Assembly: GCF_009914755.1 (NCBI RefSeq)
Contig: NC_060927.1
Source: the human T2T-CHM13v2.0 reference genome, Homo sapiens
Length of the DNA: 64,000 nucleotides
Reading direction: 5' to 3' (one strand)
The translations under genes were made by a program, and so were the position numbers. The notes beneath the pieces were generated by a model, which was given only the letters and a program-made list of their open reading frames with translations, was not told where the DNA came from and made no database searches. Shown piece by piece: positions 40,278 to 54,442 of the stretch. How positions within the stretch are numbered: position 1 is the first letter of the stretch; every line of letters begins with the position of its first letter.

Positions 40278-42311
40278 CACTCTTCATAGACTACAGTATA
40301 GTGTAAACATAACTTTTATATGCACTGGGAAACAAACCAAAGAAACTTGTGTGACTTGCTTTATTGCAATATTCACTTGATTGCAGTGGTCTGGAACCAA
40401 ATTTGCAGTATCTCAGAGGTATACCTGTATTACCTCCGTGTTGAAAGTTGGCAGTGTAAAATTTGTTTTGATTAGAATGTCTCTGTGGAATGAGTTTTCA
40501 ATACCTTGGTAACCAGTCCTGGAAATAGTGTCTCAATGTCCTCATCTGAGAGTCTAGACCCCCTGCAGTGCATCTCATGTATTTGTGGGATGCATTTTCA
40601 AGGGGTATTTGTGGCCCCTTTTATTCTCTCAGAAAAGATAGCATCCTTTGAAAGAACCAGTGGAAAAGGAGAAACTTTTGAGAAGAGGATAGGAATGGAA
40701 AATCCTTGCAAGTAATTCCATGATTTGCCTCTTATTGCTTAAGCACATCTAACCCAGGTGGAATGATGGTGCAATTTGCAAGCCATCTGTTTTTAATATG
40801 GTAACTTGAAGCTAATAAAAATAATATGATACTGTGAAGAAGGAATCATATGTTATTTATTTGGTAGTGGTTGTCTTTTTGAACACTTGAAAAAAATATT
40901 AGAGCGGTTCTACTGTAGTAATTCCAAACACCGGTTCATAGCAGACAGCTGAGCACCTTAAGAATTCCCAGGGAGCTTGCTGAAAGTGGAATTTTCTGTG
41001 TTCAGCCCTTTGAGACTCTAAGTCAGTAGACCTGGAGTGGAGCCCAGGAATTCATATTATATAAAAAGGCTTTTCAGTTAGGTTGGAATACTCTCTAAAT
41101 GAAGCTCATTGGTTTGCATACTGTGTACTAATTGCTTAAGGGAAGCACATTAAGGGCTACCAGCAATCCATCAAGTGCCTGGCACTTTCATCCCTTTATA
41201 TTCTAAATTTTGGTGTAAGGCTTCATTTTTAAAAAAAGGAATGTGCTACAATTTTTTTAAGGTATTATTTTTATTTATCCCTTTGTGTTCATTTATAGGG
41301 GAATTGGGACTGAAGTCCGGGCCTTGTGACTTCCATGATAGTGTTTCTTCTGCCTGCACCACAGAGCCAAGGAGACCCCAGGACCCTGGAGGTCTGAGAG
41401 CTTTCTCAGAACTGTCTAACTTTTCAGCCATAACACAGGTTTATGGAGATATGATAATGTGGGCAGCTCCTTGGTGGCTTCTAACCTGTGATATTCATCA
41501 CTTAAAGCCTGACCCTTTCTGAAGCTGGCTCATTCATTCACAGAAATCTGTTGAAGGGCAGCTTTCCTGTGTTCACAGCTTTGGGTGACAGCTAGAGGGA
41601 GAATTGGTAAGGCTGTGATAGGCCTAGGGCTTAGAGGAGAGAAACATTAACTGTCCTGTCTTCCTCTTTTGGGGCATCCACTTGGATCTAATTTTGTTTC
41701 TTTATGAGGAGCTGTACTAGGATACAGGTTTTAAGATTCCTGTTCTGAAAATAAAAATCCTATTTTATAAATCTCCAGGAGAGTCAGTTTATAGTTAAGA
41801 AATTTCAATGTTAATTCTGGAGAACTGAAAAGTATAAATTGACAAATACAGGTATAAAAATATAGAAGGCAGAGGTTCATTAACTGGGATTCAGGGGGAA
41901 TCAAGAAAGAGATTGTGCCAATATGTGCATGGAACCCCTGTGACACTACCCATCCTCCACATTGCCACACATTTTCTGCTCCAAGTTTTTATGTAAATGT
42001 GAAGCAGACAAAATAAAAATAATTGTTATGTCTCCTCTTAACTGGAATACCTTTTGCTGGTATCGACCTATATCCCAGTAATTTGTAAAGAACTCATTTT
42101 GTGCCCAACAGACGAACACAGAGCAATGTTATCCTCCTTGTAGAGCACTGTTTTTTTTTTAAGTGAGAAAATACTTTGACTTAATAAATCATTAAAATGG
42201 TTTTTTATTGAGGAAATGTTCAAAAACTTGCCCCAAGCAGTACCAAGTCAGGATGTTAAGAACTGTGCTTCTTACTCAGATAACATGTTCCATTATTATT
42301 TTAAGGGAAGG

Positions 42312-42805
42312 GTATTAATTGGGATTCTTCTGAGAAACAAGAAAAACCGATAAGGTGTATGTGTGTGTGAGTGTGTGTGTGTGTGTGTGTAATAAGTATG
42401 TATATTTATAAAGAAATGTATTCTAAGAAATTGGCTCACATAAGTAAGAAGGCAAGTAAGTCCAAATCAGCAGAATGATTCAACAAGCAGGAGACGCAGG
42501 AGAGCTGACAGTGTTAAGTTCCAGTGCTAAGACTGGCAGTATCAAGACCTAGGAAGCATTGCTATTTCAGTGTAAACTCAAAGGTAGGAAAAGACCAATG
42601 TCCTGCCTCAAGACAGTCAGGCAGGAGGAGTTCCTGTTGCTTCTAGGCCCCACATTAGAGCGCACAATGTGCTTTACTCAGTCTATCAATTTAAATGTCA
42701 AACTCACTCCAAAACATCCTCATGGAAATGCTCAGAATAATGTGTGGCCAAATATTTGGGCACTCCATGACCCAGTCAAGTTGACACATGAAATTAGCCA
42801 TCACA
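42312..42805 (-). mobile_element. MLT2 (ERVL) solo LTR with internal (TG)n
   Basis: taagaaattggctcaca...cccagtcaagttgacacatgaaattagccatcaca. Confidence 0.85.
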
Positions 42806-43230
42806 CGAGGGCAAGACCATAAAGAAGGATGCCTTCAGAGGAAATTCCAAGAGGCCTCTGTTCAATTTTCTAAGTCCTCTTTCTCACCTGTTTCCATTCC
42901 AGCCTCTAGTTAAGTTCAGTGTCTTTGGAACCTTTCTTAGGACCCATCTCCCTTCCCACAGAATTAGAAGATGCCAGGTACTTCTTGTGTTTTGCAGAGT
43001 TTCTTTAGGCTTCCCCTGGCAGAGGGATAGAGCAGGTAATTCGAATTTGATTTCTCTGTATCCTGAAGCTATAGTTTCCTTCTGAAATAATTTGAATGAA
43101 AACATAGCCTAATACCATAAAGATTAATTTTCTCTTAAATATATCTGCTATATTCTATGAGTGGGATGATTACCCCATTCAGTCTGGGAAGAGTGCATAT
43201 CTCTTCTCTGGAGACTACTTTGACACTACC

Positions 43231-43964
43231 TGAGATTGCCTTTGCAAAAATTTATAACTGAGGAAATTATGACAATGAAAGAGATCAGACCTAACCAACT
43301 CCATCTTGCTTCTAACCTTTAAGCTGTGCTTATTCATTCCTGAGCATAGGCCTAACTAACCTTGGGAAGGAATTTAGCTTATAGTTTAACTATGAAACAA
43401 AATTGATAATAGCCCTTTCCCCAAAAAATCCCCTTCTTGCCTGGGGACCAGTCTGCCTTTGTAGGACTAACAAATTAGCTACAAGATTAGAAATTATGGT
43501 TTAGGGGCCATGCAGCCTATGGCTGTAAGAATCGGAACATCCCCACATTGTTCCTGGGAATAATATCACTATTGTAAAACCTAAAATCAGTGCTTGAGAT
43601 ACTTTGCAGACCCTGCACTTGATGCACCAGCTGACACCACCCAGACTGGTAATCTGGCTCAACCAGTTCTGTGATCCCACCCAGGAACAGAAGACAGCAA
43701 GAAAAACTCATCTTGACCAGCTACGATAGTATCTCCAACCTGATCAATCAGCGCTCGCCACTTCCTTAGCCTCTAAACCACCAATTTATCCTTAAAAACT
43801 CCAATCCCTGAATGCTGGCAGAGACTGATTTGAGTAATAATAAAACTCCAGTCCCCTGCACAGTCAGCTCCGTGTGAATTACTCTTTCTCCCTTGCAATT
43901 CCCCTGTCTTGATAAATCAGCTCTGTCTAGGCAGTGGGCAAGGTGAACCCATTGGGTGGTGACA
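43231..43964 (+). mobile_element. LTR8-like ERV1 solo LTR
   Basis: gcctttgcaaaaatttataactgaggaaattatgac...ctccatcttgcttctaacc...ggtgaacccattgggtggtgaca. Confidence 0.85.
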
Positions 43965-44350
43965 TTCTTATACGAAATTATCTCTGGTTTTATTACTTGT
44001 ACATATTTCCCATCTGCTAGAGCCGCTCTGGAGGAATGGAACCAGCCTTAAACACTTTTTTTTTTCAAATCCCTGGAGGGGTATGGAAATACTTTAAAGA
44101 TCATTCTCCTAAAAACATGATTTTTTTTGAGTGGGGGGTACATATTAGGTATTTGAACATCAAAGGGGTCTATGACCCCAAGATGTTTTTAAACAATGTT
44201 GATGGGTTTCAAAAGTGAAACTTCACAATTCCCTAAATAAAAGACTATACAGAAAAATGTTCTGCTTTTGCCTTTATTGATATACGTGTTCTACCCAGAA
44301 TATGGTGTTTGATTAAACAGGGCAATAAAAATAATTCTGCAGTGGAATTC

Positions 44351-44868
44351 TACTGTAGAACCAAGTCCTCTTCTTTCTGCCCATCATCTCTCTTTGCTAT
44401 GGGACAATTGACGGACAATTGTGATTACTTTTGATTCCATAAAGTTATTTGGAAAGCTGTGTTAAACTATATAAGTCCTAATGTGTACATGCCAAAGGTT
44501 AAAAGTCACACAAAAAATAATGTAAATACTACTGTGATTTTAATTTCCTAACTCTGGGGATTGAAAGACTCAGTGTAACTTAGAATGCTTTCTACAATTT
44601 CACTTAACCTTTGAGTCTACATGTTAAGACCTGATTGTTTCCTATGTAGATGGAGGCCCATAAAAGCTCTGCATCCCTCTCTTGGTAAGGATGCCATAAA
44701 GATTTAGATTTGAGCCTATAGTCAACTGGCGTAAACCCGAAAAAAAGGCCCATATGGTACACCCTTTTGTGTGACTTTATGGAATCAAAAGTAATCACAT
44801 TTGTCTGTCAATTGTCCCATAGCAAAGAGAGATGACGGGCAGGAGGAAGAGGACTTGGTTGTATAGTA
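44351..44868. repeat. 95-bp inverted repeat (arms 44351-44445 and 44774-44868)
   Basis: Hand alignment: 7 mismatches in 95 nt; 328-bp spacer. Confidence 0.95.
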
Positions 44869-46317
44869 AAACTGTAATTCAGTTTTACATAGACCTGTAA
44901 TATATTGTTCCTTCTACTACCTCCCATTTCGAACTTCTAGTATGGACCCTGGAATGTAGTGCCTGAACCTGACCCTAGAGATTATCTTTAAACAATTTTT
45001 TTGAACTTCCTCCATAAATTATTCCTTCTAGACTTTGAATGGGGTGTAGGTGTCAACCCCTAAGTAAGAAAGCAGGTTCTGATACAGGTATATAATCAAA
45101 AGTAATTTTCCTTTTGCAACATTCCACAAAGAAAAATAGAACATTTGAAGTTGTTGAGATACTTTCATTGTCTTACATTGGTATTTTTTCTGTGTGTGTT
45201 TGAGTTGTCATATAAAGCTAGAACAGAGCTACAATAATATCCTGTATCATTTCGTTTTTCATTTTTGTGTTTTTCCCCCTGCCTGTCTCTTTTCAATATT
45301 CCCACCATCCTTTCATATTGCCTGCTGGGCCAATCTTTTCTGAAATCAAACAGCAGAATTTTCTTATTATGTTTCAAGTATTTTAAAGATGCTGCTGAAT
45401 TTCCAGAGCCCCTTGCAACTAGGCAACAGTCCCCTGAGTTCCAGCCCACATGGAGAGAAAAAGAGTGTATAGCTCTGGGTCTTTGGAAATGATTCAAAGG
45501 CTGGAGCCCTAGGATCTCCCCTTTGCGGACTTTGGCTTTAGGGATGAGTGAGCCCAAGGTGAGGTAAAGAAATGTCACAGCAGAAGAGTCTGGAGTTTGT
45601 TTTCAGAGAATGTGGTGCAAATATGTCTTCCAATGAAAACGAAGGGAAAATAGAAATATCGGCTTAAAAAATAAGCATTTGGGAAGGCAAATTTCTTACT
45701 CCCAGTTTCTGATTTGGGAATCAGAGCACAGCACGTTTTAAATTCAGAGCAGAGGGGCAAATGTTATGCTTTCGAAAGTCGGCAGAGAGATGTAATGAGT
45801 CAGGGCAGCAGTGAGAGTTGTGGGTTCGTTTGGCTGAGAATGTGGGTGCCTGTGCTACTGGGAAGTTGAGGAAGAAGGCCTAGAACGTATTTTATGGATG
45901 GGGAGTTCAGAAAGCCTGCAGACACATTTTCCATAGAGCAAGAGCGATTGGCCTTGTGGCCTGGATCATATTTTCCATATACTGCTGTCATTATTCCTTG
46001 AGCTGGGATGATACAGCTATAAGAATAGATGCAATGTGCCTGCCTGACCCTCCAGGTAGTTGGTGGCATTCTCCTGTGCCTCACTATCCAATATAACCTG
46101 TAATAATGAAGACAAAGGCCAACCTTTATTATGGACTTAATATTCGTCAGGCACATCGGTAAGCACTTTGCATGCATTATCTCACTGAATCTTCCCAGGA
46201 GTCTGATGAGCTAGATACTACCACTATCACCACTTCACACATGAGGAGATTAGGTTGAAAAATATTAAGTAACTTGTCCATTCAGGTGCAGAATATAGAA
46301 AATAGATATGATTTCAG

Positions 46318-46458
46318 CAGGACCAGCTACATTTGCAAGGCCCCTTGTTAGAAAATTATTTCAAGATGGTAGTAGAAACATTATGGCAAGCATGAGGACC
46401 ATCTTAAGTGCAGGCCCTGTGCAGTTGTGCAGGTTGTACACCTATGAAGCTGGCCCTG
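46318..46458 (-). mobile_element. MER45-like hAT-Tip100 MITE
   Basis: TIR-like ends caggaccagct...agctggccctg and internal gtgcaggccctgtgcagttgtgcagg. Confidence 0.65.
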
Positions 46459-46608
46459 GTTCCCAATCATGGCTATTAACCATATTTCTGTTCATTTTTC
46501 TCCTTACCATAATTAATTCTCTTCATTATGCATCCTCTGTTCTTTTTTTTTTTTTTTCCTTTTTTGTACCTTTTGATTTTTGTTTTCCTCATTTCTAGCA
46601 TATTCATT

Positions 46609-46906
46609 TGATATGGTTTGGCTGTGTCCCCATTCAAATCTCAACTTGAATTATATCTCCCAGAACTCCCACATGTTGTGGGAGGGACCCAGGGGGAAGC
46701 AATTGAATCATGGGAGCTGATCTTTCCCATGCTATTCTCATGATCGTGAATAGGCCTCTTGCCACCACCATGTAAGAAGTGCCTTTCACCTCTCGCTATG
46801 ATTCTGTGGCCTCCCCAGCCATGTGGAAATGTAAGTCCAATTAAACCTCTTTTTCTCCACAGTCTCAGTTATGTTTTTATCAGCAGTGTGAAAACAGACT
46901 AATACA
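46609..46906 (+). mobile_element. THE1 solo LTR with internal deletion
   Basis: tgatatggtttggctgtgtcccc...aaaacagactaataca; TSD TCATT on both sides. Confidence 0.92.
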
Positions 46907-47432
46907 TCATTCGTCATTTATCTACTTTTTTGTTAATGTTTCTGTGGCCCAGTATCTGTGACTCTTAAATGTTCGGTTATAACATAGAAGAGACAGAAAT
47001 CTTTGAAGTAAAATAACTCAGTTTTTAGTTTATCAGTCACAAGGCATGCATTAAACCTTGGGAGTGAGCGATGTCCTGCTCAAAACCTAAGTCAGAGGTG
47101 GACACTTGTGAAACTTCCAGTTTTATTCTAATCTTCCTTCCCTCATGAAAGGAACCCACCTGAGAAGGGTTTAGAAGAAGAGCTTTCTGATGCCTACTTC
47201 TCAAGGGAAACTTTGTCCTCCAATTTGCCATGAATTTAAGTCCTTTAAAACAGACTATGCCAGACCCTGAAGCACCTTGGACCATGAAACCAAAACTCAA
47301 AGTTACTAATCCTTTGCATACTTGGGAGAAGAAATATATATCTCTGTCCTTTTCTAACTATACTATGGTAAGTAACAGTTGCAGTGGTCTGCAACCAGCC
47401 TCAAACACAGAAACCCTCAGAAGTTAGCAGTT

Positions 47433-47600
47433 CTAAAGCAGCTACCAGAACCCAGTAGAAAATCAACTATGAAACTACCTGGTCATTGTCATTTATGACT
47501 GTTCCTGATTGAGGAGCTAAAGCAGCTACCAGAACCCATTAGAAAATTATCTATGAAACTACCTGGTCATTATCATTTATGACTGTTCCTCATTAAGAAG
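47433..47600. repeat. 84-bp tandem duplication (2 copies)
   Basis: ctaaagcagctaccagaaccc...; 7 mismatches in 84 nt. Confidence 0.95.
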
Positions 47601-50594
47601 GGAATGTCAGAGCAATTAGAAAACAGAGTCTTGGTGGATGCCAAAGCTAGCTAGTCTTCTAAATTTGCTCCAATTTAACTGACTAATTCTCCACAATATA
47701 TTCTTCTCTCTCTTTCTTATCCTCTATCTTATTCTTCTCTTCTATTCATGCCTAATCCAACCCTTGGCTCTCTCTTGCCCATCTACTCTGTATATCTATA
47801 TGGCAACTTCATTTCTGAAAAAAGCCATCTTCCTCCTTCTCTTTCCTCTGAGTTATTGCTTCCTTCACTACCAGTTTGTCATTTTTAGGGAAACTGTTAG
47901 TTCCTAAGAGAAGACATTTGCCTCCAAATCGAGTTTTACACTTGAAGCAATTTTGTTCTGATAGTCTTGGAATTTTCCAGTATAAAAATGGTGGGGTGAA
48001 ATGAGATATATCAATGTGTACATGCCCTTTGAGCTTTCAGGAAGAGAGGCCCTGAATAAATCAAATCGGGTATTTCCATCCTCACAACTTTAATAGCAGT
48101 AACCAGCAACAGTCTGTCCTTGAAGTGTTTATTCTCATCTAGACCTGACCATGCATTTATGAGTTCATACTTAAATGTTACAAGGCTTGTATTTTACTTT
48201 ATTTGAAAATAGCAAAGTCATTTTTGTCTTTTTCTTTCCATTACAGGGGTACCTTAGGTGGTACCTTCTGTGGCCCAGACATGCATATTACTGGAAGATG
48301 TCTGCTATTTTTATAACTTGTGGCTTGGAGTGCTCAGACACTGCTAATGGGATGAAGTGATATACTTTCCTATAGTTTCTGATGTATAGTGGTTTTCACA
48401 TCAGTTTCAGGATCTATAAGAACTTGCAGAAAGACATCACTGAACAGTTATTCCAGGCAGCTTGGCATGTTTTTTTTTTTTTTCATTTTAATGTATTTAT
48501 TTTGAGCCTCTGTGGGTTATAAATTTCTCAGTGGAGTTAGGTTTGCTCCAAGGAAGGTCAAAATGATTACCCTCAAATTTTAGAGGTGGAGGGCAGACAG
48601 AGAGAGACACTAGGAAGAAAAGGAGTGTGATGATTGCATAAATGAATTAGCAGGAGATAAGGAAGATTTCAGAAGAGACATGAGATCAGTCAATCAATAT
48701 TCTCCCCCTTTGAAAAGCATATAAATGTGATTTAATGTCTTTAAAACTGGTTCTAAACAGTTTTCTTCTAAATTAAAAACTTGAAAAAATAAAGAAAAAA
48801 GAAACAAACTAGCTTTTGCATTAAACACACCTTAGTAATGAGATGACCCTGGGTGGGAGGAAGAAAGAGGAGGAGCAGGTTTTAAAAAGTAATATTTTTA
48901 GTTTTGTTTTATAATTGAGCCACAAGTTAACATTTTTGAATCAGTTACTAGTTTCTTAAGCTTTTGAAAGTGAAAGGGATCTATTTAACTGGCTTTATGA
49001 TCATGATCAAATATTCTAGGCATCCTTATGCTTGAGACTTCAGCTTTACACGAGGCACTTTCAATTGCAATTGCTGGAAGAGATTGGTTTATGAGATGTG
49101 AGCAAACTCATTTTGAAAAAAAAGAAATCTTTGAGCTCTTATTCTGTGCATAGCACTGGGTGTCGTGGAGCCTACAAAAAAAAAGGAGACATCATGATGG
49201 GGCACACAATCGGTATATGCAGAACATTTCAGAGCAGGACAGAGAGGGACACAAATGTGGCACCACTCTAAGGCACTTAGGGTGATTGGAGGGAAGAGGG
49301 ATTAGGTCAGGTGGGGTGGAGCTTGAACAAATGTTATAAAATAGAATATTTCTAATAAGTACCAAGAGAAAAAAAGAATTATAGGTGCAGAAGGCCCCTA
49401 GGATCGATGGGTAAACCCTACCTGTAAGCTACAGTGGAGATTTCTGCTGGATGACTTAGATAGTGTGAGCTACAGAGTAGGCAACAATAAGATTGTACTA
49501 TATTGAACATTTATTAAACGCCAACTGTATGCTGGATACCACTTTAAGAATTATGGTTATAAAAATAAATAGAATTTGGTACTCAGTAATCTCACTGCCT
49601 GCTGAAAGAATCCAACAAGTAACTTAGTCATTAAATAAGTAACTCACACAATAACAGAGATGTTCAGATCTCTTAGTGGGAATAAGAAAGGATAAAGGAT
49701 ATCATCTAGGTCGGGGTTCCTGGACATACATATAATCTCTTCCCCATTATAGTGCTCAGATCAGAAAACTGGCTTCAGGCAAATGTGTGTAAATGTTATG
49801 GGAAAAATTCTAAATGGCCAAGCTGTCAATTGTCTTTCCTGCAAATCAAGTTCTACCGTGCTCTGATTCAAAAGTCGTGGTTCTTTTATGTGCACTATTT
49901 AGCCTTGCCATTGTAGCTGACGATTTGGAGGTTTGAGAAACTTAGGAGAGAAAAAAAAAGAAAGATCCAGAATCAAAGAGTGTTTAAACTCTTTGGGAAA
50001 CATTCATCATAGTACACACCTCCGTTTTGAGCAATGTAAGCACTGCAGACTCCAGCTTCTGTAGTTTGAAAGCCAAATGGATTGAGGGAATCTGGTTTCT
50101 GCTGATAATTGGAAGAAGGATAAGAAGGTTATAAGCAAACAATGGGCTGAAAAGTAAACAACATTTCGAGAACAATTCTATTTGGTATTCCTAGTTCTTA
50201 TAATTAAGTCTCAGCTCAGTAATTTGTTTGGAACTTAATTTTCAATAATTATTTGCAAGTCATAAAATGCTGGGCCTATGGATACACTAACAACTGTGTT
50301 AAACTGACCTATTTGAAGGTAAAGCTGTAGAAATTCAGACAGGTGAAATTTTGACTATCATGTGCTATTTACGTTGGAAAATTGTTGTCATATGGAGATG
50401 AGGGGAGATAGGTTGCCTTATTTGCAGCCATTAAAGAAAAAAACAACATTCAATCTTTCACTTCATTCATTGATTCGCTAAATATTTGAGTGTCTTCCAT
50501 CAGCTAGACATTAAGTTTTTTGTCAAGATTTTAGGATCAAGCAAGTTTTGTCTTTGAAACCCAGCTAAGCAGTTTGCATTACTTTATTGTAGTG

Positions 50595-50815
50595 ATAACA
50601 ATGCTGGCTAACATTTCTTGTATACTTACTATGTTCTAATGGGTATATAAGTATTAACTCATTTAATAATCTTACATATTTTATGAGGTACTGTTATTAA
50701 TTTTTCTTTTACAGTTGACCCAACTGAACCTCAGAGGTAGTAAAAAACTCACCAAGGCAATACAGTCAGATAGTATCCAATTCAAGTAGCCTGATTCCAG
50801 GCTGTAGACTCTGAA
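50595..50815 (-). mobile_element. MIR SINE
   Basis: tattaactcatttaa...tatgaggtactgttatt...ttttacag...actgaacctcagagg. Confidence 0.65.
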
Positions 50816-51629
50816 ATACTTTAACAAATATAGTGTGTATCTTGTCCATCAATCAACAAGAATGTATTGAGTATATCCACCTATCTGTGAATCTTTCAAG
50901 AGCAGAGATCTTTTCTTCCTTCTCTTCTTATGCCCAGAACTTAACATGGAAACCTATAATAGATATTTATTAAATGATGTTGAATAAATACTGCAAGAAA
51001 TATTCAAAATATAGAAGATGAAATCCCTACTTCAAGCTGTTCATAACCTAATTACCACTATAAATTTATTTGTTAAAAAATTTTGAAACTTAAAGCAAAA
51101 GTGTGTATGGTATGTTCATTCAATGTCACACTGGTGCATTGTTTAACAGGCCCACCCAAGAATGATTTATTACTTTAGGAAAATTTACTGATTGACTAGA
51201 CCTGGACACTATGAAATTACATGTTTACTTATAGATTTGTGTATAGTAGAAAAGATGACTTCAAGAGCTATGGTTTTATTGTCCTGTAGAGCATTAACTA
51301 ATTTTTTTTTTTGGCAATCTGATTATGACATTGATTATTAAAGTGCTTATTTATTTTTAATATTTTTCTTTGTCGTAAATTATCTTTTCACGATCTTGGG
51401 ACCAGTTTACCACTTTATTGATTTCTTCATTAATGAGTTAATAAATCTCTGTCGTGTATTTATTCTATGTTTGTATAAGAGTCATGGTGCAAGTTTTAAA
51501 CTTATACTTGGACACCTTCCTCATCAGAATTTGATATAAAATATAATATATATTAACTAGACATTTGTTAACATAATGATAATCTTAGCTAACAATTATG
51601 AAGACATTCTGAATGCATTCTATGAATTA

Positions 51630-52170
51630 TCTAATTAAATTTCTACAACCACCTATGAAGACAGTCTCACTGCTTAAAAGTTGAGGAAACTGAGGAAGAG
51701 AGAGGTTATGTGAGCTGCTTAAGGTCATTCACCTGATATTGGTGAAGACTGGAGTGATCTGATGTCAAACAGCCTGATTCCAGAGACTACTTTATTAAGC
51801 ACTACACAAACCCCTTCAAATACCTGATGCTTACCATCCCAATACATTAGCTACATTAACATGAATTAATATATTAACATTCAGGCAACAGGCTAAATAA
51901 TGGTAACAAACAGACAAGGGGCTAAATAATGATAACTATAATACCACTCCTTGAATGTTTGCTGTGTGTCAGACACTGTGACAGGTGCTTTACATATAAG
52001 ATCTCATTTAATCCTCATATAACATTACGGTGTAGTTATTCTCATCTTAATTTGATAGATAAGGAAACTAGGGCTTAGAGAAATTAAGAGTCTTATCTAA
52101 GGTCACATAGTGAGGACTCAAAGTTGGAATCCCATCTGCATGACACCAAGACCGTCTTCTTGAACACTTT
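51630..52170 (-). mobile_element. Two MIR SINEs
   Basis: gaggaaactgagg...agaggttatgtga; tgtcagacactgtg...atctcatttaatcctca...ggaaactagggcttagag. Confidence 0.7.
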
Positions 52171-52689
52171 ATCGTGACTTTTATTCTCAGAAGACTATCC
52201 ACTGGTAGAATATCTTTTTAAATACTTCATATTATTAGAGCTGGTTACAGCAAGAGGAGAAATTTACCTAAACATCTTCACTGTAGCAGAACATGGTTAA
52301 TGTCAAGTTAGTGGTTCACATTCTTACGTAAGCTTAGCACAAAATCTGGATAAATTAAAACATGGGTGGAGATGATTAAACTAGAATTTTAGTCATTCTC
52401 TATATATGAGAAACTAAAAGCAAACATTTGAAGATTGTTAGCAAGCAATGACAAAGACACTGAAAACAGGAATAATTTTCTGAGTTGTGGTAGGGGAGTT
52501 GAAGATAAACATTCAGAGTCTGAAAGACATTGGACACTTAGGAAGCCATAAAGATTTCTTTCAGTTATGGAGAACTCATCTCTCTCTCTCCCCACCGCCC
52601 CCCCATACACACACGCTCTCTCACTCCTCATGTAATTTATATAAATTATAACTATCACATTCCTCTCTGTTTCATGTATTTCCCTGGAA

Positions 52690-52997
52690 CGGTAGTCCCC
52701 AACCTTTTTGGCACCAGGGACTGGTTTTGTGGAAGACAATTTTTTCCACGGCTGTGGGGCTGGAGGGGATGGTTTCCAGATGAAACTATTCCACCTCAGA
52801 TCATCGGGCTTTAGTTTCTCATAAGGAGTACACAACCTAGATCCCTCACATGCACAGTTCACAATAGGGTTTCAGCTCCTATGAGAATCTAATGCTCAGG
52901 CCGTAATGCTGGCTCGCCTGCCACTCACCTCCTGCTATACAGCCTGGTTCCTAACAGGCCACAGACCCTGATAAAGGTCCATGGCCCAGGGGTCCTG
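52690..52997. mobile_element. MER1B-like hAT-Charlie MITE
   Basis: gtccccaacctttttggcaccagggactggttttgtggaagacaa; 8-bp TSD ccctggaa/ccctggat. Confidence 0.9.
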
Positions 52998-53804
52998 CCC
53001 TGGATTACCTTTGTACTTCCTTTATATCTTCCACTTATCTAAATCCTACTCACTCTTCCAGACTTGACCGAAAAGCATTGTCTTCCACGCAGACTTCCTT
53101 GGAAACTGCAGCTCTCAATCATCTCCTTACCCCTTCCTGTTTACATAGCAGAGATTCTCAGATGGTTTAAATACCCTTCTGGGTGCTTACTAAAATGCAG
53201 ATGGTTGAGCTCCTTACCCAGAGATTTTTGAATCAATAGGGCTGAGGTGGGATTTTGAACCAAAAGACTTGGGTAATATTCACTTTTAGCTATCCCTCCA
53301 AATAATTCTGATTTAGGGAGTCTAAAGATCAGATTTTGAGAAGTACTGCCCTGAGCTTTTAGAATTCAGAGAGGAGATCAAAGTGTAAACATCCCCAGGC
53401 CATTTCTCCTTACTCTTATCTGTATTTCCATGCCCGATTCCCAGAAATTTTATGAAACAGAATCGGGAGACTAGGTGGATAGAGAAAGAAAAGACAAAAA
53501 AGGTAAGAGAGAAAGGAAGGGTTCCTTGCTTGAATCCCGAAGAAAGCCAGAGAAAGAAAAGAAATAGAAAACTAAGTCAATGTATATAAGGAAAAAATGA
53601 GGAAGAGATGAGAGAGAGAGAAAGGTGGGACAGAGAGAGTAGAGGGAAGGAAATGAACTGGACTGGAGGAATATTTTTGGCAACAGGACAGTGGTGAAAT
53701 GTGAGACCATTGGGGAGGTAAGAGAAATTTGGAGATGTATTGCTGTGAGTTGTGGCTGGGCCCTTTTTCGTGATCTTAGAAAGACTCAAATAAAGAATGG
53801 AATT

Positions 53805-54442
<638 letters not shown>

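Larger units (their letters stand above)
37288..40427 (+). mobile_element. Full-span Tigger1 with nested (TA)n and solo LTR
   Basis: TIRs CAGGTATACCTC/GAGGTATACCTG with TA TSD; transposase fragments in ORFs 37663, 38368, 38677 and 39035. Confidence 0.95.

Noticed and set aside
45165-46177. 137-aa and 125-aa minus-strand ORFs in unique DNA
   Set aside because: No recognisable domain or coding-like composition and no supporting exon structure; consistent with chance.
47433-47600. CRISPR-like array
   Set aside because: Only two contiguous copies, no spacers, and a eukaryotic context.
51889-51936. GGCTAAATAATG(G/A)TAAC repeated twice
   Set aside because: A tiny slippage duplication with no further structure.
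52389-52862. Longest ORF (157 aa)
   Set aside because: It starts inside MER1B and runs through low-complexity sequence.
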